64,000 nt of DNA from Octopus vulgaris (lineage: Eukaryota): NCBI GenBank assembly GCA_951406725.2, contig OX597815.1, positions 159,774,001-159,838,000 of the forward strand, written 5' to 3'. Positions 1 through 14,924 of this stretch are shown piece after piece. The translations under genes were made by a program, and so were the position numbers. Positions within the stretch are counted from its first letter, which is position 1. Each line of letters starts with the position of its first letter. A model generated the notes under the pieces. The model made no database searches. It worked only from the letters and a program-made list of their open reading frames with translations, and had not been told where the DNA came from.

Positions 1-272
1 TTCAGGCTCAATTAAATAAGTACCAGTTACTCAGTGGGATCAATGTAATTGACTTAATTCTCTCCCACAAGCTCCCTTGTGGCAAAATTTGAAATCGTCA
101 TCATCATCATCATTATTATTATTATCATTATTATATTCAAATGCCACCAGGTTCAGCTTCGCTTTTCATCCTTTTGGGGTTGATAAATTAAGTACCAGTT
201 ATGCACTGGGGTCAATGTAATTGACTGGTCTCCTCCCCCAAAATTTCAGGCCTTGTACCTATAGGAGAAAGG

Positions 273-313
<41 letters not shown>

Positions 314-1479
314 GCACTTGATGAAAAACAAAATTAAAGAAATAATATAGGAAAAATATTAAAAAGAAACTGTTGTTTATCTGCATGTGTTAGTCACTAG
401 TCGACTGGATTGTCATTGTGTCAGTAACCCATTGAGATGAATTAATTCATTAACATAGTATTATTCACTTGATGGTACATTAATGGTTCAAAGAGAATTG
501 CATTTTGTTTGAGTGTATTGAGAGATAGATGACAAGGTTGGCTGCTGTTTACTGTGTATGCTGTAATTGGTTGGTACAAAAAAAAAATTACCATGTCTTC
601 AAGATTTTCTATAAGGTCACAGAGGATGATAGCAGGTGGTTATTCAGTAAATAGTTTTGTAACACTAAACCTCTCCTTACGTGAGGGTTCTTTATTTTAA
701 TTTTTACTTTTTGCTTTGCATTTATTTTTTTGTTCCTCTCTACTCCATTATACCATTATTACCATGACTGTGAAGGTGCATGTCCCAGTGGTTAGAGTGT
801 CAGGCTCACAATCACGCGGTAGTGAGTTCGATTCCCCAACCGAGCTGTGTGTTGTGTTCTTGAGCAAGACACTTTATATTATTTACATTATTTACATTGG
901 ACATATATACCCATGGACATACAGCATAATGGTTAAGAATGTGGGCTACTAGCCCCAAGACTGTGAATTCAATAATTATATCAGCAAAACTTAGGAATGA
1001 GAACCTAGGGTGATATCTTGTGATATGTTCTGAGTTCAAATCCTCCTTCAGTTATCTTGCCTTATCATTTCTCCTATGTTATAAAAGTAGGTTTAAAGCA
1101 GCATTAAAACCTTTTATTCAGTGAGAGGGCACACATTGTTAAATTGAACTACTCTAACCTGTCAATTTAAACTGATTATTTGAGAAACCAAATTAAACTG
1201 GTTTAATTCATCAAAAACTTACCTCTCTTCTATCCACCTTACAAACAACATAACAACATAGTCATTCCAGAGTTAAACTCTTTTGGCATGCAACTTGATC
1301 TGATATTGTGTTTTGGGAGTAAAACAATTGCTTTATTTTGCATTTAAGTTGTCAGTAAAAATGCACTTAAACTGTTATGTTCACATTTACTACATTATCA
1401 TTTTCTTTTACTATATGTATATATGTATGTATTGATTGTCAGAAAATCATAAATCCAAAAGAGAAGCACACTCTACTGT

Positions 1480-1537
<58 letters not shown>

Positions 1538-2519
1538 ATGTTGGTATGAAAGTTTCTACTTCATTTTATCTTCAGTATAAAAATAGTCATTATATTTCAA
1601 GAAAGGTGATATGCCTGTGATTCCCTAACTTACCCTGCCAAATATCTATATAAAAAAGATATTCCTTTGTATCATTCTATACTGTTTCATATGTCTTTCA
1701 TTTCTGTTTTTTTTTTTATTTTGTTTTTTTCTTGTTGCACATCAAGTGAGAAGTATAAAACCATTAACCTTGTAAAAGTTTCCATTTCTAAGTAGCTATA
1801 TAGATTAATTTTTGCCTTCCTTGCCTTGTTTCTATATCTATAAAGATCAGCATTCCAGCCATCTCATTCTTTTCAGATGATGTCAAATAGAAAGCAAAAA
1901 AAATGATAATAATAATAATAATAATAATAATGAAAAGAAAATCAATGACAACTTGATGGCTTCGTATCTCTATTTGCTGAAATCTTTATTCATCAATAGC
2001 TTTCAAATTTTATTTATTGATATTGGTCAGCGGTTCTTATTTATTATTGTATTCCATGCATTATTGATCAATACCATCTTCGGTTTATTTATTGAGAATC
2101 CAGCTAATTTTCACTCGTAGATGTCAAGAATATTAGGTATCAATAAATGTCTATTGTTATATATCTGTACATTTTACTTTTTCCGTCTTTTTTCCTTTTT
2201 TTTTGTCTTATCTAAGAGCTGCTTGCAATTTCTGGCTGAAGCCTATTCACTTCACAGATACTGTTACTGATTTCGAGAAAGGCAAGACAGTCACACAGAA
2301 TTATTTCACACCACTCATACAAATATGAAGTCTGGTGCATTTGTTTGAAATCAATATATTCCTAGTCTTTGTTCTTATGAATATTTTTTATCTCTCAGTA
2401 CATTACAGCTTCATTCATCAACAGACTCTGTTTTGGCGTAGACTTTTACCTGTTATTAAGTTCATTACCTTACCTTATCCCTAGTCTTTTCTAGTTGTAT
2501 GACTATTTCTGTAGCAAGC

Positions 2520-3210
2520 CAACAAATGGCAGCACACGCTTGCATGTGCAGTGAGAGCTAGCAGTGACCTTCATGGGGCAATGAGCCAAGCTATGGTTAC
2601 TTCACAAGTTGTGAAATGTGTGTCTTTGTGATCATGTGCATGCAATTTTGTCATGGACTAGAACAAATAGCCAACATGAAATTTTGTGATAAAACTTGGG
2701 AAGTCTGCAAAAGAGACATTGAGCATACTTTGGCAAGTTTACAGTGATGAGGCAATGTGTTATATCTATAATGTTTTGAGTAGCATGGGCACTTCAAAGG
2801 TGGCTGAGTATCCCTGGAAAATGATGAATGATCTGGAAGGCCTGCCATGAGCATACCCCCAGAAATGTGGTATTGTGCATCATTAATTTGTCCCCCAGAG
2901 CCAGACCATCAATTGAGAATTCTACTATGATGTTTTGAAGTATTTTAGGGAGAACATTTGGAAAAAGCAATGGGATCTGTGCAGTACAAAGAATGGAATC
3001 CTTCACAATGGCAATGCACCCTGTCATCAAGCTCCCCTCACTCGTGTGTTTCTTGCCAAAAACAATTTGGTATCACTTCTGCACCCACCCTATTCACCAG
3101 ATTTAGCACTTGCAGACTTCCATCTCTTACCCCAAGAAGAAAATGCAGCTCAGAGTCAACCATTTAAACACCATTGTTGAGATCCAAAATGAATGACAGA
3201 AAGTCCTCAA
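2520..3210 (+). pseudogene. Internally deleted mariner (Tc1/mariner) transposase remnant
   Basis: Degenerate N-terminal HTH (..KLGKSAKETLSIL..VYSDEAM) and catalytic part ILHNGNAPCH...LLHPPYSPDLALADFHL with the YSPDLA motif; stops and frameshifts. Confidence 0.85.
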
Positions 3211-3528
3211 CTCGTGGGATTGAACCTGAAACCTCATGGTTGCAAAGCAGTCTTTGTAACCACACAGCCATTCCTACACCTAATTTACAGTTTGAGGGTG
3301 TGTTGAAATTGGTGTTGAAAAATAATTTTATATTGCATCTCACAGAGTGAACAGATTAAGTTACATTGATAGATTTCTTTGTTTATCTGATATTTGTGAA
3401 TCTTAAAGAGCAAGCTAACTGATAATTTACAGGTTGGAGCTCTTATTAAAACTTTCTGTTCAATAGGAATGAAATAATCCAATTTGCAGTGTTAGCTCTT
3501 CTTTCTCTCTCAATCTATGAAATACTTA

Positions 3529-3930
3529 GGCGCAGGAGTGGCTGTGTGGTAAGTAGCTTGCTTACCAACCATATTGTTCCGGGTTCATTTCCACTGCATG
3601 GCACCTTGGGCAAGTGTCTTTTACTATAGCCTCAGGCTGACCAAAGCCTGTGAGTGTATTTGGTAGACGGAAACTGAAAAAAGCCCATCATATATATATA
3701 TGTGTATATACATACATTTGTGTGTGTGTTTGTGTGTCTGTTTGTCCCCCCCAACATCGCTTGACAACTGATGGTGGTGTTTTTACGTTCTCGTAACTTA
3801 CTGGTTTGGCAAAAGAGACTGATAGAATAAGTACTAGGCTCCCAAAGAATAAGTCCTGGGGTCGATTTGCTCGACTAAAAGGTGGTGCTCCAGCATGGCC
3901 ACAGTCAAATGACTGAAACAAGTAAAAGGG
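3529..3930 (+). mobile_element. tRNA-derived SINE family A, full length
   Basis: ggcgcaggagtggctgtgtggtaag head with A/B-box-like motifs, central (TA)/(TG)n tract, tail gactgaaacaagtaaaag. Over 20 copies in the window. Confidence 0.9.
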
Positions 3931-4221
3931 TAAACTATTAATTTATTCTGTTTCAATTTTATTTCATATTGAATTCAGATTATTGATGTTGTATTGACCA
4001 AGCCATGGTCAATCCAGCTTTTAAATATTTCTTTTGTTGTATATATTTCACCACTCAGTTAGTGGGGGAAGGGCAGTACCATGACCTTTCTACCACCACC
4101 CTATTATTCTACAGGATGTCTGATTTTGGTGCAATGAAGGGAGAGGGTAGTTCTCATGCTGGTGACCTAGCTAAAATGTCTGCAACATAGTGAGTGCCTC
4201 TAAAAGCTGGCAAGCAATAAA

Positions 4222-4446
4222 TTAATCCTTTAGAATTTAAATTAGCCATATCCATCCCAAATATTCTACCTGTTTTATGTTCAAACCAACCAGATCCAGC
4301 CTCTCATATACACTGTACAATGTCATTCAAATTATAAGCAATCACATCAAAATGTCATAGCTACAAGATAATGCATGATTAATTCAAAACAATGTGGAGA
4401 AATATTCATTAGATTTGACAGAATAATTTGAATGCTGGAGGGTTAA
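4222..4446. mobile_element. piggyBac-like MITE, inverted homolog of 37395-37623
   Basis: ttaa-tcctttagaattta ... tgaatgctggaggg-ttaa; internal similarity. Confidence 0.7.
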
Positions 4447-5499
4447 GTCTACCACACGAGAAGTCAGAATGCAAAGCGCTTGAACAAATATCATAGAGCG
4501 TATTATCCGATGCTCTACCAACTTTGCCAGTCCACAGCCTTGGACTGGACCTATATTTTATCGACCATGAAAGGATAAAAGGCAAAGTTGACTATTGTAG
4601 GATTTCAGCTCAGAACATGTAAAAAAAAATTTTAAAAAAGGCAAAATAAAGTTACCCTACATTCTAACATTTTCTGCCAGTTTTCTACCTTATCAAACTC
4701 TGAATCGACTTTGGATTCTGGCAAGTTTGGCTTAGAGCTTTTGTGAGTTTTTCTTTTTCCTTCTTTTTTTTTTTTTATTTCTGTTTTGATCAGCTTAATG
4801 TGGTCAGGATATTAGCTTAGTCTTGTATATGCGTATTCTTGTGTAGAATTCAACCTTATTGATTGTAATGCATGATTTTTCTACTAAGATTTATCTAAAG
4901 TACAATCAATTTTGGAAATAAACCAAACCACAATGCAATTTTGTTGAATAATTTTAGATTCACTTGCCTGTAATCTCATCTTCAAACTATCTTAACTTAA
5001 TATCTTTTCCCTTAACTATCAGTTTTCATCTCAAATTTCTCATCTCTCTTCATTCCTTGTCTTCTACGAAAGCTAATAAATGGTCTTGTTTATTATTGGA
5101 TGAACATTAGTATGTTTCCCTTCTTTCTTCTCCATAACTCATTTAATTCTACTCTATCTCGCCTGTAGATGTTAACTTAATGGCTCCACTCTGTGATTCA
5201 TCTCTTCAATTATTTTAGCTTTAATGAGTTTAGTTTCCTTATTATGTGAATTTATTTAAAAAGGAATTAATCTCTAGCACACATACTTTTTTTCTTTCTT
5301 TTTTTAATTTGTTGAAATATTTGAGATCTTTTACTGGCAATATATTTTTCATATTCTGGTCAGGAAAATACTCTCAGCTTTTACTATACAAGATCTATTC
5401 ACAGTTAAAAGTATATATAAAAATAATTAATAGAATGTATCTACTAAGAATGTAACATAAGTGATTCTAAGGATTCACACTTCACCATTGTACCAGTGC

Positions 5500-5501
5500 T
5501 G

Positions 5502-5586
<85 letters not shown>

Positions 5587-5685
5587 AACAACAACAACAA
5601 CAACTACTGCTGCTGCTGCTACTGCTGCTACTACTACTACTACTACTACTACTAATAATAATAATAATAATAATGATAATAATAA
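5500..5685. repeat. Compound trinucleotide microsatellite (CTA)n(CAA)n(CTG)n(CTA)n(TAA)n
   Basis: Seen directly. Confidence 0.95.
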
Positions 5686-6504
5686 TTTCAAATTTTGCCA
5701 CAAAGGCAGCAATTTTAGGGGAGGGGATGTGTTGATTACATCAACCCCAGTCTTCAACTGAACTTATTTTATCAACCCCGAAAGGATGAAGGGTAAAGTT
5801 AGCCATGACAAAATTTGAACTCAGAATGTAGCGATGGGTGAAATACCGCTAAGCATTTCGTCTACTACTACTACTACTACTACTACTACTAATAATAATA
5901 ATAATCCTTTCTACTATAGGCACAAGGCCTGAAATTTTGGAGGCGGGGATAGTTGATTACATCAACCCTAGTACTCAAGTGGTACTTATTGTATCGACCC
6001 TGAAAGGATGAAAGGCAAAGTTGACCCCAGTGGCATTTGAACTCAGAACGTGAAGACAAATGAAATATCTATTTCTTTACTACCCACAAGGGGCTCAACA
6101 CAGGGGCTCTCTCTTTTTCTCCCCCCCCCTTTCACTCTCTCTCTATTTAACTTTGCACATGCATTAACATATGCATATACACTTAAACACTGATACATAT
6201 GTATGAATATTACAACAGTGTATCTGTCCATCTGTCTATTTTTATATTTGTATATTAAATTTGTTTGCATGTGCTCAGACAAATGCATACATTTCTCAAC
6301 ATGATCACTCAAGGTGTTTAGTTAACTTATTAGTCTACTACTCTTGTAAGTTAGAATTTTTTTTTTTTTTTTTTGAAAGACATAACTCATTACAACATAG
6401 AAACAAAATTATCAATCTTTATTCTGTCTATCTGTTTCTCCTTAACCGCTCTCCCTCCTTCTTGGTATGCAGGCTGGCATGCATACATGCACGCATGTAT
6501 ATTT

Positions 6505-6900
6505 TTTTTTTGTTTCAGTCATTTGACTGTGGCCATGCTGGAGCACTGCCTTAAAGGCTTTTTTAATTGAACACATCACCCACCAAAGCTTATTCTTTAT
6601 AAGCCTAGCTAGTACTCATTTTATCAGTCATTTTTGCTAAACTGCTACATTACAGGGACATAAACTCACCAACATCAGTTGTCAAGTGATGCTGGAAGAA
6701 CAAACGCAAATGCAAAGACACACATGCACACACAAACACGCACATATACACAATGGGTTTCCATCTACTAAATCCACGCACAAGGCTTTGGTCGGCCTGA
6801 GGCTGTAGTAGAAGACACTTGCCCAAGGCGCCATGCAGTGAGACTGAACCCAGAACCATGTGGTTGGGAAGCAAGCTTCATGTCACACAGCCACACCTGT
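6505..6900 (-). mobile_element. SINE family A
   Basis: Reverse complement of the 3529-3930 type. Confidence 0.85.
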
Positions 6901-7085
6901 GTCTATATATGTATGTAGATACATATGTACACAAATACATGCAGATTTTTCTAAATTTGGTCATTAAAAATATTCAGTTAATTTATTAAAGCTACTGATT
7001 TCAAATCTAAGAAATTTCCATTTTTTATACTGATAAGTTTATTACAAAATGGAAATAAAATGATGAATCTCTCTTCAAATTTCTC

Positions 7086-7317
7086 TTAACCCTTTCATTA
7101 CCGTAGTTATTTTGAGATGCCCTGTATTTCTTTCAATTATTTTAAATATAACAAAGAATTTAGTAAAATAACTTAGTTACCATTAAGCTAGTTCTGTTAA
7201 TAACATAAATTGTGACTAAGGTTTGGTGGAAGATTTTAATTCAAAACTTAAGAAAACAAGACATTTCTACTACAGAGCCAGAGGCAGTTTCAGCCGGGTT
7301 AGTAATGAAAGGGTTAA
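7086..7317. mobile_element. piggyBac-like MITE
   Basis: TTAA-ccctttcattac ... gtaatgaaaggg-TTAA terminal inverted repeats with TTAA target duplication. Confidence 0.85.
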
Positions 7318-7396
7318 GGAAACTTTTGAATAGGTATTCAATTTTCTCTGTTAAAATTTAATAAGCTATTTACTTTACCATTAGAAATGCCTTCTG

Positions 7397-7466
<70 letters not shown>

Positions 7467-7512
7467 ATCTATCATTCTCTTAATCATTCAATCAATTAAT
7501 CAATCAATCAAT
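7397..7512. repeat. (TATC)n and (AATC)n microsatellites
   Basis: Seen directly. Confidence 0.95.
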
Positions 7513-8730
7513 CACTCAATTACAGATTTATCTTGATTTCTTAGCCAACAGTCAAGTAAGTGACCATGACATTTCAGAGGTACTGTCCATCTTTAAGTGT
7601 CTGCCATATTTTTTATATGAATTTTGGACATACTGATCCTTTCTTATAAATTCACAAGGACTAGATCATTCACATTCTGCTATGGATGCCAGGGATATTT
7701 TCCCCATTAGCTGTTCTTCTACTTTGTGATGCTGCTTGCTTGTTTCACTTGAACCAGATTGTATATGCACTGACCCTTAATCAATGCTTATATTCTCTCT
7801 GCATTAAGTGTCAAGTGCTGAGCGTTGTAGTTTGCTTAATGGTGGTGGTGGCAGCAGCACCAGTTTTGGTGGTGGTGGTGGTAGTAGTGGTGCCAATGGC
7901 ATGTATAGCAGTTAGCTGATTTGTGTTTGTGGTGGTGGTATCGTTGTTGTTGTTGTTGGGTATTAGTTTAATCCCTCAGGATCAATCACTCTACGCAGTA
8001 GAAATACTTCAGTGTGAACAGTACAAGCAAGCAGCAACATGAGTAGAGAATTACAAATACAAGAATTTACTTGGTATAGGCTACAGAATGCAAAAACTTT
8101 TGCCTTTGTGTATCTAATAAAGGGGTTTTGTTCAATATTACAAGGTTACATAAAAGAACAGACGTCTGCAATGTGCTATGAGATAGAATGGCTTGAAACC
8201 CTGACCATTGCAACCAAGACAAAGACACTCATACAATAAAGTCCAAATATATTGCTTTCAAATTTTGGCACAAGGCCTGCAAGTTCGGGGGAGGGGGAAG
8301 TTGATTACATCAACCCCAGTACTCAACTGGTACTTATTCTATTGACCCTGAAAGGATGAAAGGTAAAGTTAGCATCAGCCTCAGTGGAATTTGAACTCAA
8401 ATGTAAAGATGGATAAAATGCCACTTAGTATTTTGGCTGGCATGCTAACGGTTCTGCCGGCTCAACACCTTAAAAACAAGGCCAAATGTATATATGCATA
8501 ACAAAGGTTTCAAATGTTGGAACAAGGTCAGCCATTTCAAGGTAGGGGTTGAGTCGATTACATTGACCTTCTCAAATGGTACTTGTTTTATTGACCCACA
8601 AAAGGAAGAAGAGCAACATTGGCCTTGGTGGAATTTGAACTCAGCACATAAAGACATGAAATGCTACCAAACATTTTGACCCAGCATGCTAATGATTTTG
8701 CTAGCTTGTCACCTTAAAACAAGTCAGTAT

Positions 8731-8960
8731 AAGGCAGTGAGCTGGCAGAATCGTTAGCATGCTGGACGAAATGCTTAGCGGTATTTCGTCTGCCGTTACG
8801 TTCTGAGTTCAAATTCTACCAAGGTCAACTTTGCGTCTCATCCTTTCAGGGTCAATAAATTAAGTACCAGTTATGCACTGGGGTCGATGTAATCGACTTA
8901 ATCCCTTTGTCTGTTCTTGTTTGTCCCCTCTGTGTTTAGCCTTGTGGGCAATAAAGAATT
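8731..8960 (+). mobile_element. SINE family B (aaggcggtgagctggcagaa head; gcctttcatcctttcggggtcgataaattaagtacc core)
   Basis: Further copies at 1-290, 5687-6100, 8255-8715, 16273-17090, 22278-22478, 45090-45305, 48848-49060, 50080-50285, 52577-52810, 57542-57748. Confidence 0.85.
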
Positions 8961-9439
8961 AAGTAAATATTACTGTATAATAATAATAATAATAATTCCA
9001 TATCTCAGAAAAAAAACACAGACCCTCATACTGGACATCCTCTGCACATACACTAAACACTAAAATATTCAATAAAACAGCACAACACATTCTCTTAAAT
9101 AATTAATGCCTGACACCCTAATGCTGACAACTAACACAACTGACATTGTGCACAAAGGACACCCATTAATATAACACAACACACTGTACATACCCTGTAT
9201 CAGTAGTTCTCAACCATTTTTTTGCCTATGAACTCTTTTGATTCTTGTTTTACTCTGCTGGACCACGATGGTTGATGTATATAAAAAAAAAATCTTATAT
9301 TTATTATTAAATATCATTTGGAATTGTATAAAAAAAATTAAAATGTTTAGTGTATCATAGATGTATAAATAATTTATTGCACATAAATTTTAACAAAGCT
9401 TTATATGGATCTCCCAGGAGCCATATGTCCCCTACTCTC

Positions 9440-9616
9440 TCTCTTTACTCTCTTTTACTTGTTTCAGTCATTTGACTGTAGCCATGCTGGAGCACCGCTT
9501 TTAGTCAAGCAAATCGACCCCAGGACTTATTCTTTGTAAGCCTAGTACTTATTCTATCGGTCTCTTACCATGTGGTTGGTAAGCAAGCTATTTACCACAC
9601 AGCCACTCCTGCGCCT
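9440..9616 (-). mobile_element. SINE family A, internally deleted (head fused to tail)
   Basis: Tail ...attctatcggtctct joined directly to accatgtggttggtaag...gcgcct. Confidence 0.8.
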
Positions 9617-10704
9617 ATAGTAAATTTTAATTTAAGTCTCATTCATTAAGATAGAAAGCAACAATAAAAATAAAAAAAAACTTGGTTGCTTATTCTTTCT
9701 TAAATTATTTTGCTCACCTTCCACTCATTCGAAATATATTATGGTAGTATAAGTTCAAAATAACATCTCCTTAGCACACACTTAGTACACATATGCACAC
9801 ACCACACACTCAAATTCCATTTTTCTCTTTCTCTATCCTTCTCCACCTCTGTCTATTCCTAAGTGCACATTCATATACCTATTGCCATGCTCATTCACAT
9901 GTGCACAGGGACACATACACTCACATACTAGGGATTACTTTATTGCATTTTCTGTTCCATGATTATCAATCCAAGATTATCCACCAGTGATTGATAGCTA
10001 CATAATTTTTTTTTTGTTTTTTCAGTTTGATTTTGCATTGTTTCAGCACACACAGTAAGAAGAAACACTCTTCATTGCAGTCAAAAAGATTAGTCTGTTG
10101 GGAAAGGTGTCAAACTGATCAGAAACCACCTCTGTGAGCAGGAAATCAACATTCATATGTGTGTGTGTGTGTGCGTGTGTGTGTGCATATGTGTGTGTGT
10201 CTAAATCTGACTTATGGGGATTCAATCTCAATGTTGAAAGCGTCTTACTGCTTATCAATTATAGAACTGGACTGGAGCGATATTTCTCCTGGGATCCAAT
10301 TTACAATCCTGACAGACTTCAGCAGGGTTAAATGGCTTGTTGTGATATATTGCAGTAGCAATGGTAGATTAAAAAAAAACAAACTTTTTCTGTGAGTCGA
10401 GAGAATTTGACTTATCAATCCATCCATCCATCTATCCATCCAACCAATTAAATGGTGCAGTCAAGGTTTAAAAACACTAGCAAGTCAAAACACACTGATT
10501 GGGTTGTACGTACACATACACACAGATATTTGTGTATATATATATATAGTGAGAGATAGATATGCATACATACATACAGAACTGATAAAAAAATCAGAAT
10601 ACATTGGCAGATATAGTGTTGTATACTGTAATTTATAATCCTGGAAACCCAAGGAATGTATTGCATAACAAAACAAGCAGATAAGATGAGAATGGTACAC
10701 AAAA

Positions 10705-10835
10705 GTATGGTTCCAGGTTCAGTCCCACTGCATGGCACCTTGGGCAAGTGTCTCCTTCTATAACCACTGGCCAACCAAAGCCTTGTGGGTGGATTTGGTA
10801 AATGGAAACTGAAAGAAGCTTGTCATTATATATAC

Positions 10836-10876
<41 letters not shown>

Positions 10877-11083
10877 TTTGTGTCTGTGTTTGTCCTCTGA
10901 TCACTGCTTGACAACCAGTGTCGATGTATTTACATCCCTGAACTTAGCGGTTCAGCAAAAGGGACCAATAGAATAAGTGCTAGGCTTAAGAAATAAGTCC
11001 TGGGGTTGATTTGTTTGACTAAAACCCTTCAAGGCGGTGCTCCAGCATGGCTGCAGTCACATAAGTGAAACAAGTAAAAGAAT
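10705..11083 (+). mobile_element. SINE family A, 5'-truncated
   Basis: Similarity to the other copies. Confidence 0.85.
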
Positions 11084-12344
11084 AAGCAAATATCAATGTC
11101 ATATTGCTCAGTATTTGACATAATCCCTTTGTCTCCAACACAGCAACATTACGGTCTGGTATATTTTCAACCAAATTCTTGTGTTTATGTGAGATTATCT
11201 CTAGTGTCCAAATCTGCTGTATCTTCTGTTTTAAATTCAAAATTGTGCATAATATGAAGAAATATAAGCTACTAGGCACAGGTGTGGATGTGTGGTAAGA
11301 AGCTTGCCTCCTTAACCACTTGATTCGAGGTTCAGTCCTACTGTGTAGCACCTTGGGCAAGTGTCTTTTACTATAGCTTTGGGCCAACCAAAAGCCTTGT
11401 GAGTAGATTTGGTAGATGGAATCTGAAAGAAGCCTGTTGTATGTATGAATGTATGTATATATCTGTGTGTGTATGTGTATGTATGTATGTCTTTGTGTCT
11501 GTAAAGTGGTTGGCATTAGAAAGAGCAAGACTAGGGGACTTGGTGTGGCTCCTGACCTTGCCAGTTCCTCTCAAGTCATCCAACCCATGCCAGCATGGAA
11601 AATGAATGATGAATGTCGATGATGATATGATAGCCTTTTTTCAGCTTCTGTCTACCACTCAGAAGGTTTTGGTCAGTCCAGAGCTATAGTTGAAGACAGT
11701 TGCCCAAGGTGCCATGCAGTAGGACTGAACACAAAACCATGTCGTTCAGAAACAATGCTGTTGGCTCTCTTACAAATTTCAAATGCTGCTAACCAAATTG
11801 TCATAACAAGATCTAATAATTCAATGCATGAATTATTCAAAATCTATATATGCATGTATGTTTGTGTGTGTGTGTCCATACATGTATGCACACAAAGATA
11901 TATATGTACACACATACTGTAAATATCAACAAAACGATGTTGTGTATAATGACGGCAATAACTCCAAAGAATAAAAATGTTTCTTCTAAGTGCAAGAATG
12001 CTTGTGTCTATGATTGTTATATTTATTTCCTTCGTATTTTAGAAAAATTGTTTTTCACAATATAGTTATGATTGATTGAAATTATGAAATTAAGTAAAAT
12101 GAAATTACTAGTCAAAAAATATTGGATAATGTTTTAAAATGTGTGAATTGATAATGAATTCCATTTTTTTTCAAATCAAGTAGCAAAGTATCAAAATTGG
12201 TACCTATAAACTACAATGTCTATTGTGAAAGAATAAAATATATTCCGTGTATGAATTCTATGGGTGCACTAATTCTATGATTTGCACGACTGAGATAAAC
12301 ATTAGATTTATATATTGCTATAGAAATAACTGACAATATTTGGT

Positions 12345-12346
12345 TA

Positions 12347-12381
<35 letters not shown>

Positions 12382-12645
12382 TAAAAGAGAGAGATAAATA
12401 GATAGATTGGTAGATATACATTCATATATATATATATACATATATATACGCACATACACAATATACATACATACACATATATACATACATATATGTTCAT
12501 ATGCCTTATATATATATATATATATATATACAAGAGAGAGAGAGAGAGAGAGAGCCAGACACAGATAGATAGAATGATATACATACATACATACACACAT
12601 ACATATATATATATGCATTTATATACATACACACACACATACAAA
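12345..12645. repeat. Compound (TA)/(CA)/(GA) microsatellite field
   Basis: Seen directly. Confidence 0.9.
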
Positions 12646-14924
12646 TTTAGGCTTTTTTTAATAAATTAGTTCTCAGAGCAACCCAATTTAATCTAGAAGC
12701 TAATAAGATACTACAATTACTATTCAAATGAAGAGAATATGTGCTCTTTCTGTGAAAGATATTACAGTTTAATCCTGTTTATTGTAGAAGTTACACTATA
12801 CCTTAATTAAAGTTTAGTGAATTCAAGCTCTCAGCTCGACAGAATCGTTGTTCAATATTTATTGCTTTAACACACCTGATTAGTTATTTGCAATGCGTAT
12901 TGTCATTGGTACAATGACCAATCATAGTTTCACAGTTTTACTTCATTTTGAAACCTCGAGGTTAAATGTTCCATTCAAATGATTGGTTCCTTTTATGACA
13001 GTCTAGTGGATTTTTAGTTTTGATATCTTCCTCTACACAGTGTAAATGTCATTATCACTATAAATTCATTGTTATTTCGTCCTTAAGTAGTAACAAAAGA
13101 ATTTATAAGAGTGGTCATTTGCGTCTGAGTACTAACTGAATTACACATAATTTTTCACTTTATTTCCTGACAAAGTGGAGGGGTTGAATTCAGAAGAATA
13201 GAAATATGAAGGAGATGATGTTTTTTTGATCAAACTAAAATAAACATTTGTTGATATATCATCTTTTATGAATTTCTAGTTGCATCAGAAATGAAATATA
13301 TTGTGTGTACAGTAAAACTAACGCGGTAGGACAGGCTGCTCTCATATCAATAGGCTTGGCTTGCTTGGGTGGAAGATATGTCCCATTGTTCTTTCTTGTA
13401 TCTCACTGCCTGAGCTTTGCGTACCTTTGGCAGAATCCACTTTATTACAAGCATATGGGTCAAGTCTATAATTTGAAGATATTTTCCTCGAAAGGGAGAG
13501 AAGTGTACTCAAAGTGGAAGGGAGGGAAGTGTACTCAAAAAGGATAATGGATATATCCCTCCCTCTTCGCTATGTGATGAACAGAAAAATAAATTGTCAT
13601 AAAAATTAGCTAAAATCTAGAGCTTAAGTTTGAGAAAAATTATGTTGGAAGCCATAAAACAGAAATTAATTTTTAATAAAATTGTACTTGTTCATCTTAC
13701 TCTACCCAGAAAATTATTTTAGAGTTAAGTTAAATATATATTTTCATCTTGCAGCATTAGTTGATTCCTACTAGTTTGTTTTCCAATAATGTGTTCTGAT
13801 TTTGTAGGTATTTTTGGTTTCTGCATCCTCATTTAATGTCCATTTTCCATTCTGGCATGGGTTGGATGGCTTGACAAGATCTGGCAAGGCCAGGGGCCAC
13901 ACCAAGTTCTATAATCTGTTTTAGCTTGGTTCATACAGTTGGATGCCCTTACTAATGTCAACCACTTTACATAGTGTACTGGGTGCTTTTTATGTGGCAC
14001 TTATATGTAATACCATCACCAGTTGACGTTGAGGAGTATTATGGTACTTCAGCACAGTCTAAAAGACCTATGATTCTTGCCCATTCCTTTCTCTTAATCT
14101 TTTCACCGGGAGGGAAAGCAATTCCCAGGACACCCTACAGGGCCTGCATAATTGGTAAGAGGGAGAGAGGAAGTTATTCAACAGAATAGAGCCAGCTAAA
14201 ATCACCCAAGATACCAGGTAGTGGTGTTAAAACTGACAGTAGATTAAAAATATAATATTTAAAACCTTTGTAGAAATAAGTTTTGTTGCACTTTGAGAGA
14301 ACATATTAATGAGTTGTTTATGAAATATGTATATCTTTTTACTTTTTCATATTCATTTTTTCTTGCTTATCTAAGTGAGACTCATTTTTTTTTTCTCTGC
14401 TTTTGAATTTTGCAAATTTGTATATTGCATTTGCTAATTAAACAATGGAGCTCCTGTGTGCAGAATCAATCTATTTTTAAAATAACAAATCTTCATTAAA
14501 TCACACACTACAATCTTAAAAATGAAATTACAATTTGGTTAATGCAATCCTAAATAAAGTGCCTAGGGCAAAAAAACAGTGGTGGTCACAGCTGGAATGC
14601 TTTATGATCCTAGCACTTAAACCAGCCATATCCATCCCAGATATAATATTTGTTTTATGTTCAAACCAGTCATACCTGATGTTTCATGCCTACTCTATAA
14701 TATCATGCTAAATGATAAACAGCCACACCTATACAAAACAATGTGGATAAACAAACATTATATTTGTCAGAGTCACTTGAATGTTAAAAGGTTAATCTGG
14801 ATTGTTTCAAGGTTAAACATTGACACCTTACTGCTAACCTCTCAAATGTAAAGTGGTATTAAAGCAAGTTGTTAAACAAATCATTTAGTTACACAAGGAC
14901 TCAACACAATTGATGTAGTATGAT

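Noticed and set aside
5444-5757. Poly-S/Y/L/V ORFs
   Set aside because: Translations of a trinucleotide microsatellite.
12945-12970. GAAAC-CTCGAG-GTT hammerhead-like 3' half
   Set aside because: No upstream CUGANGA or stem I complement.
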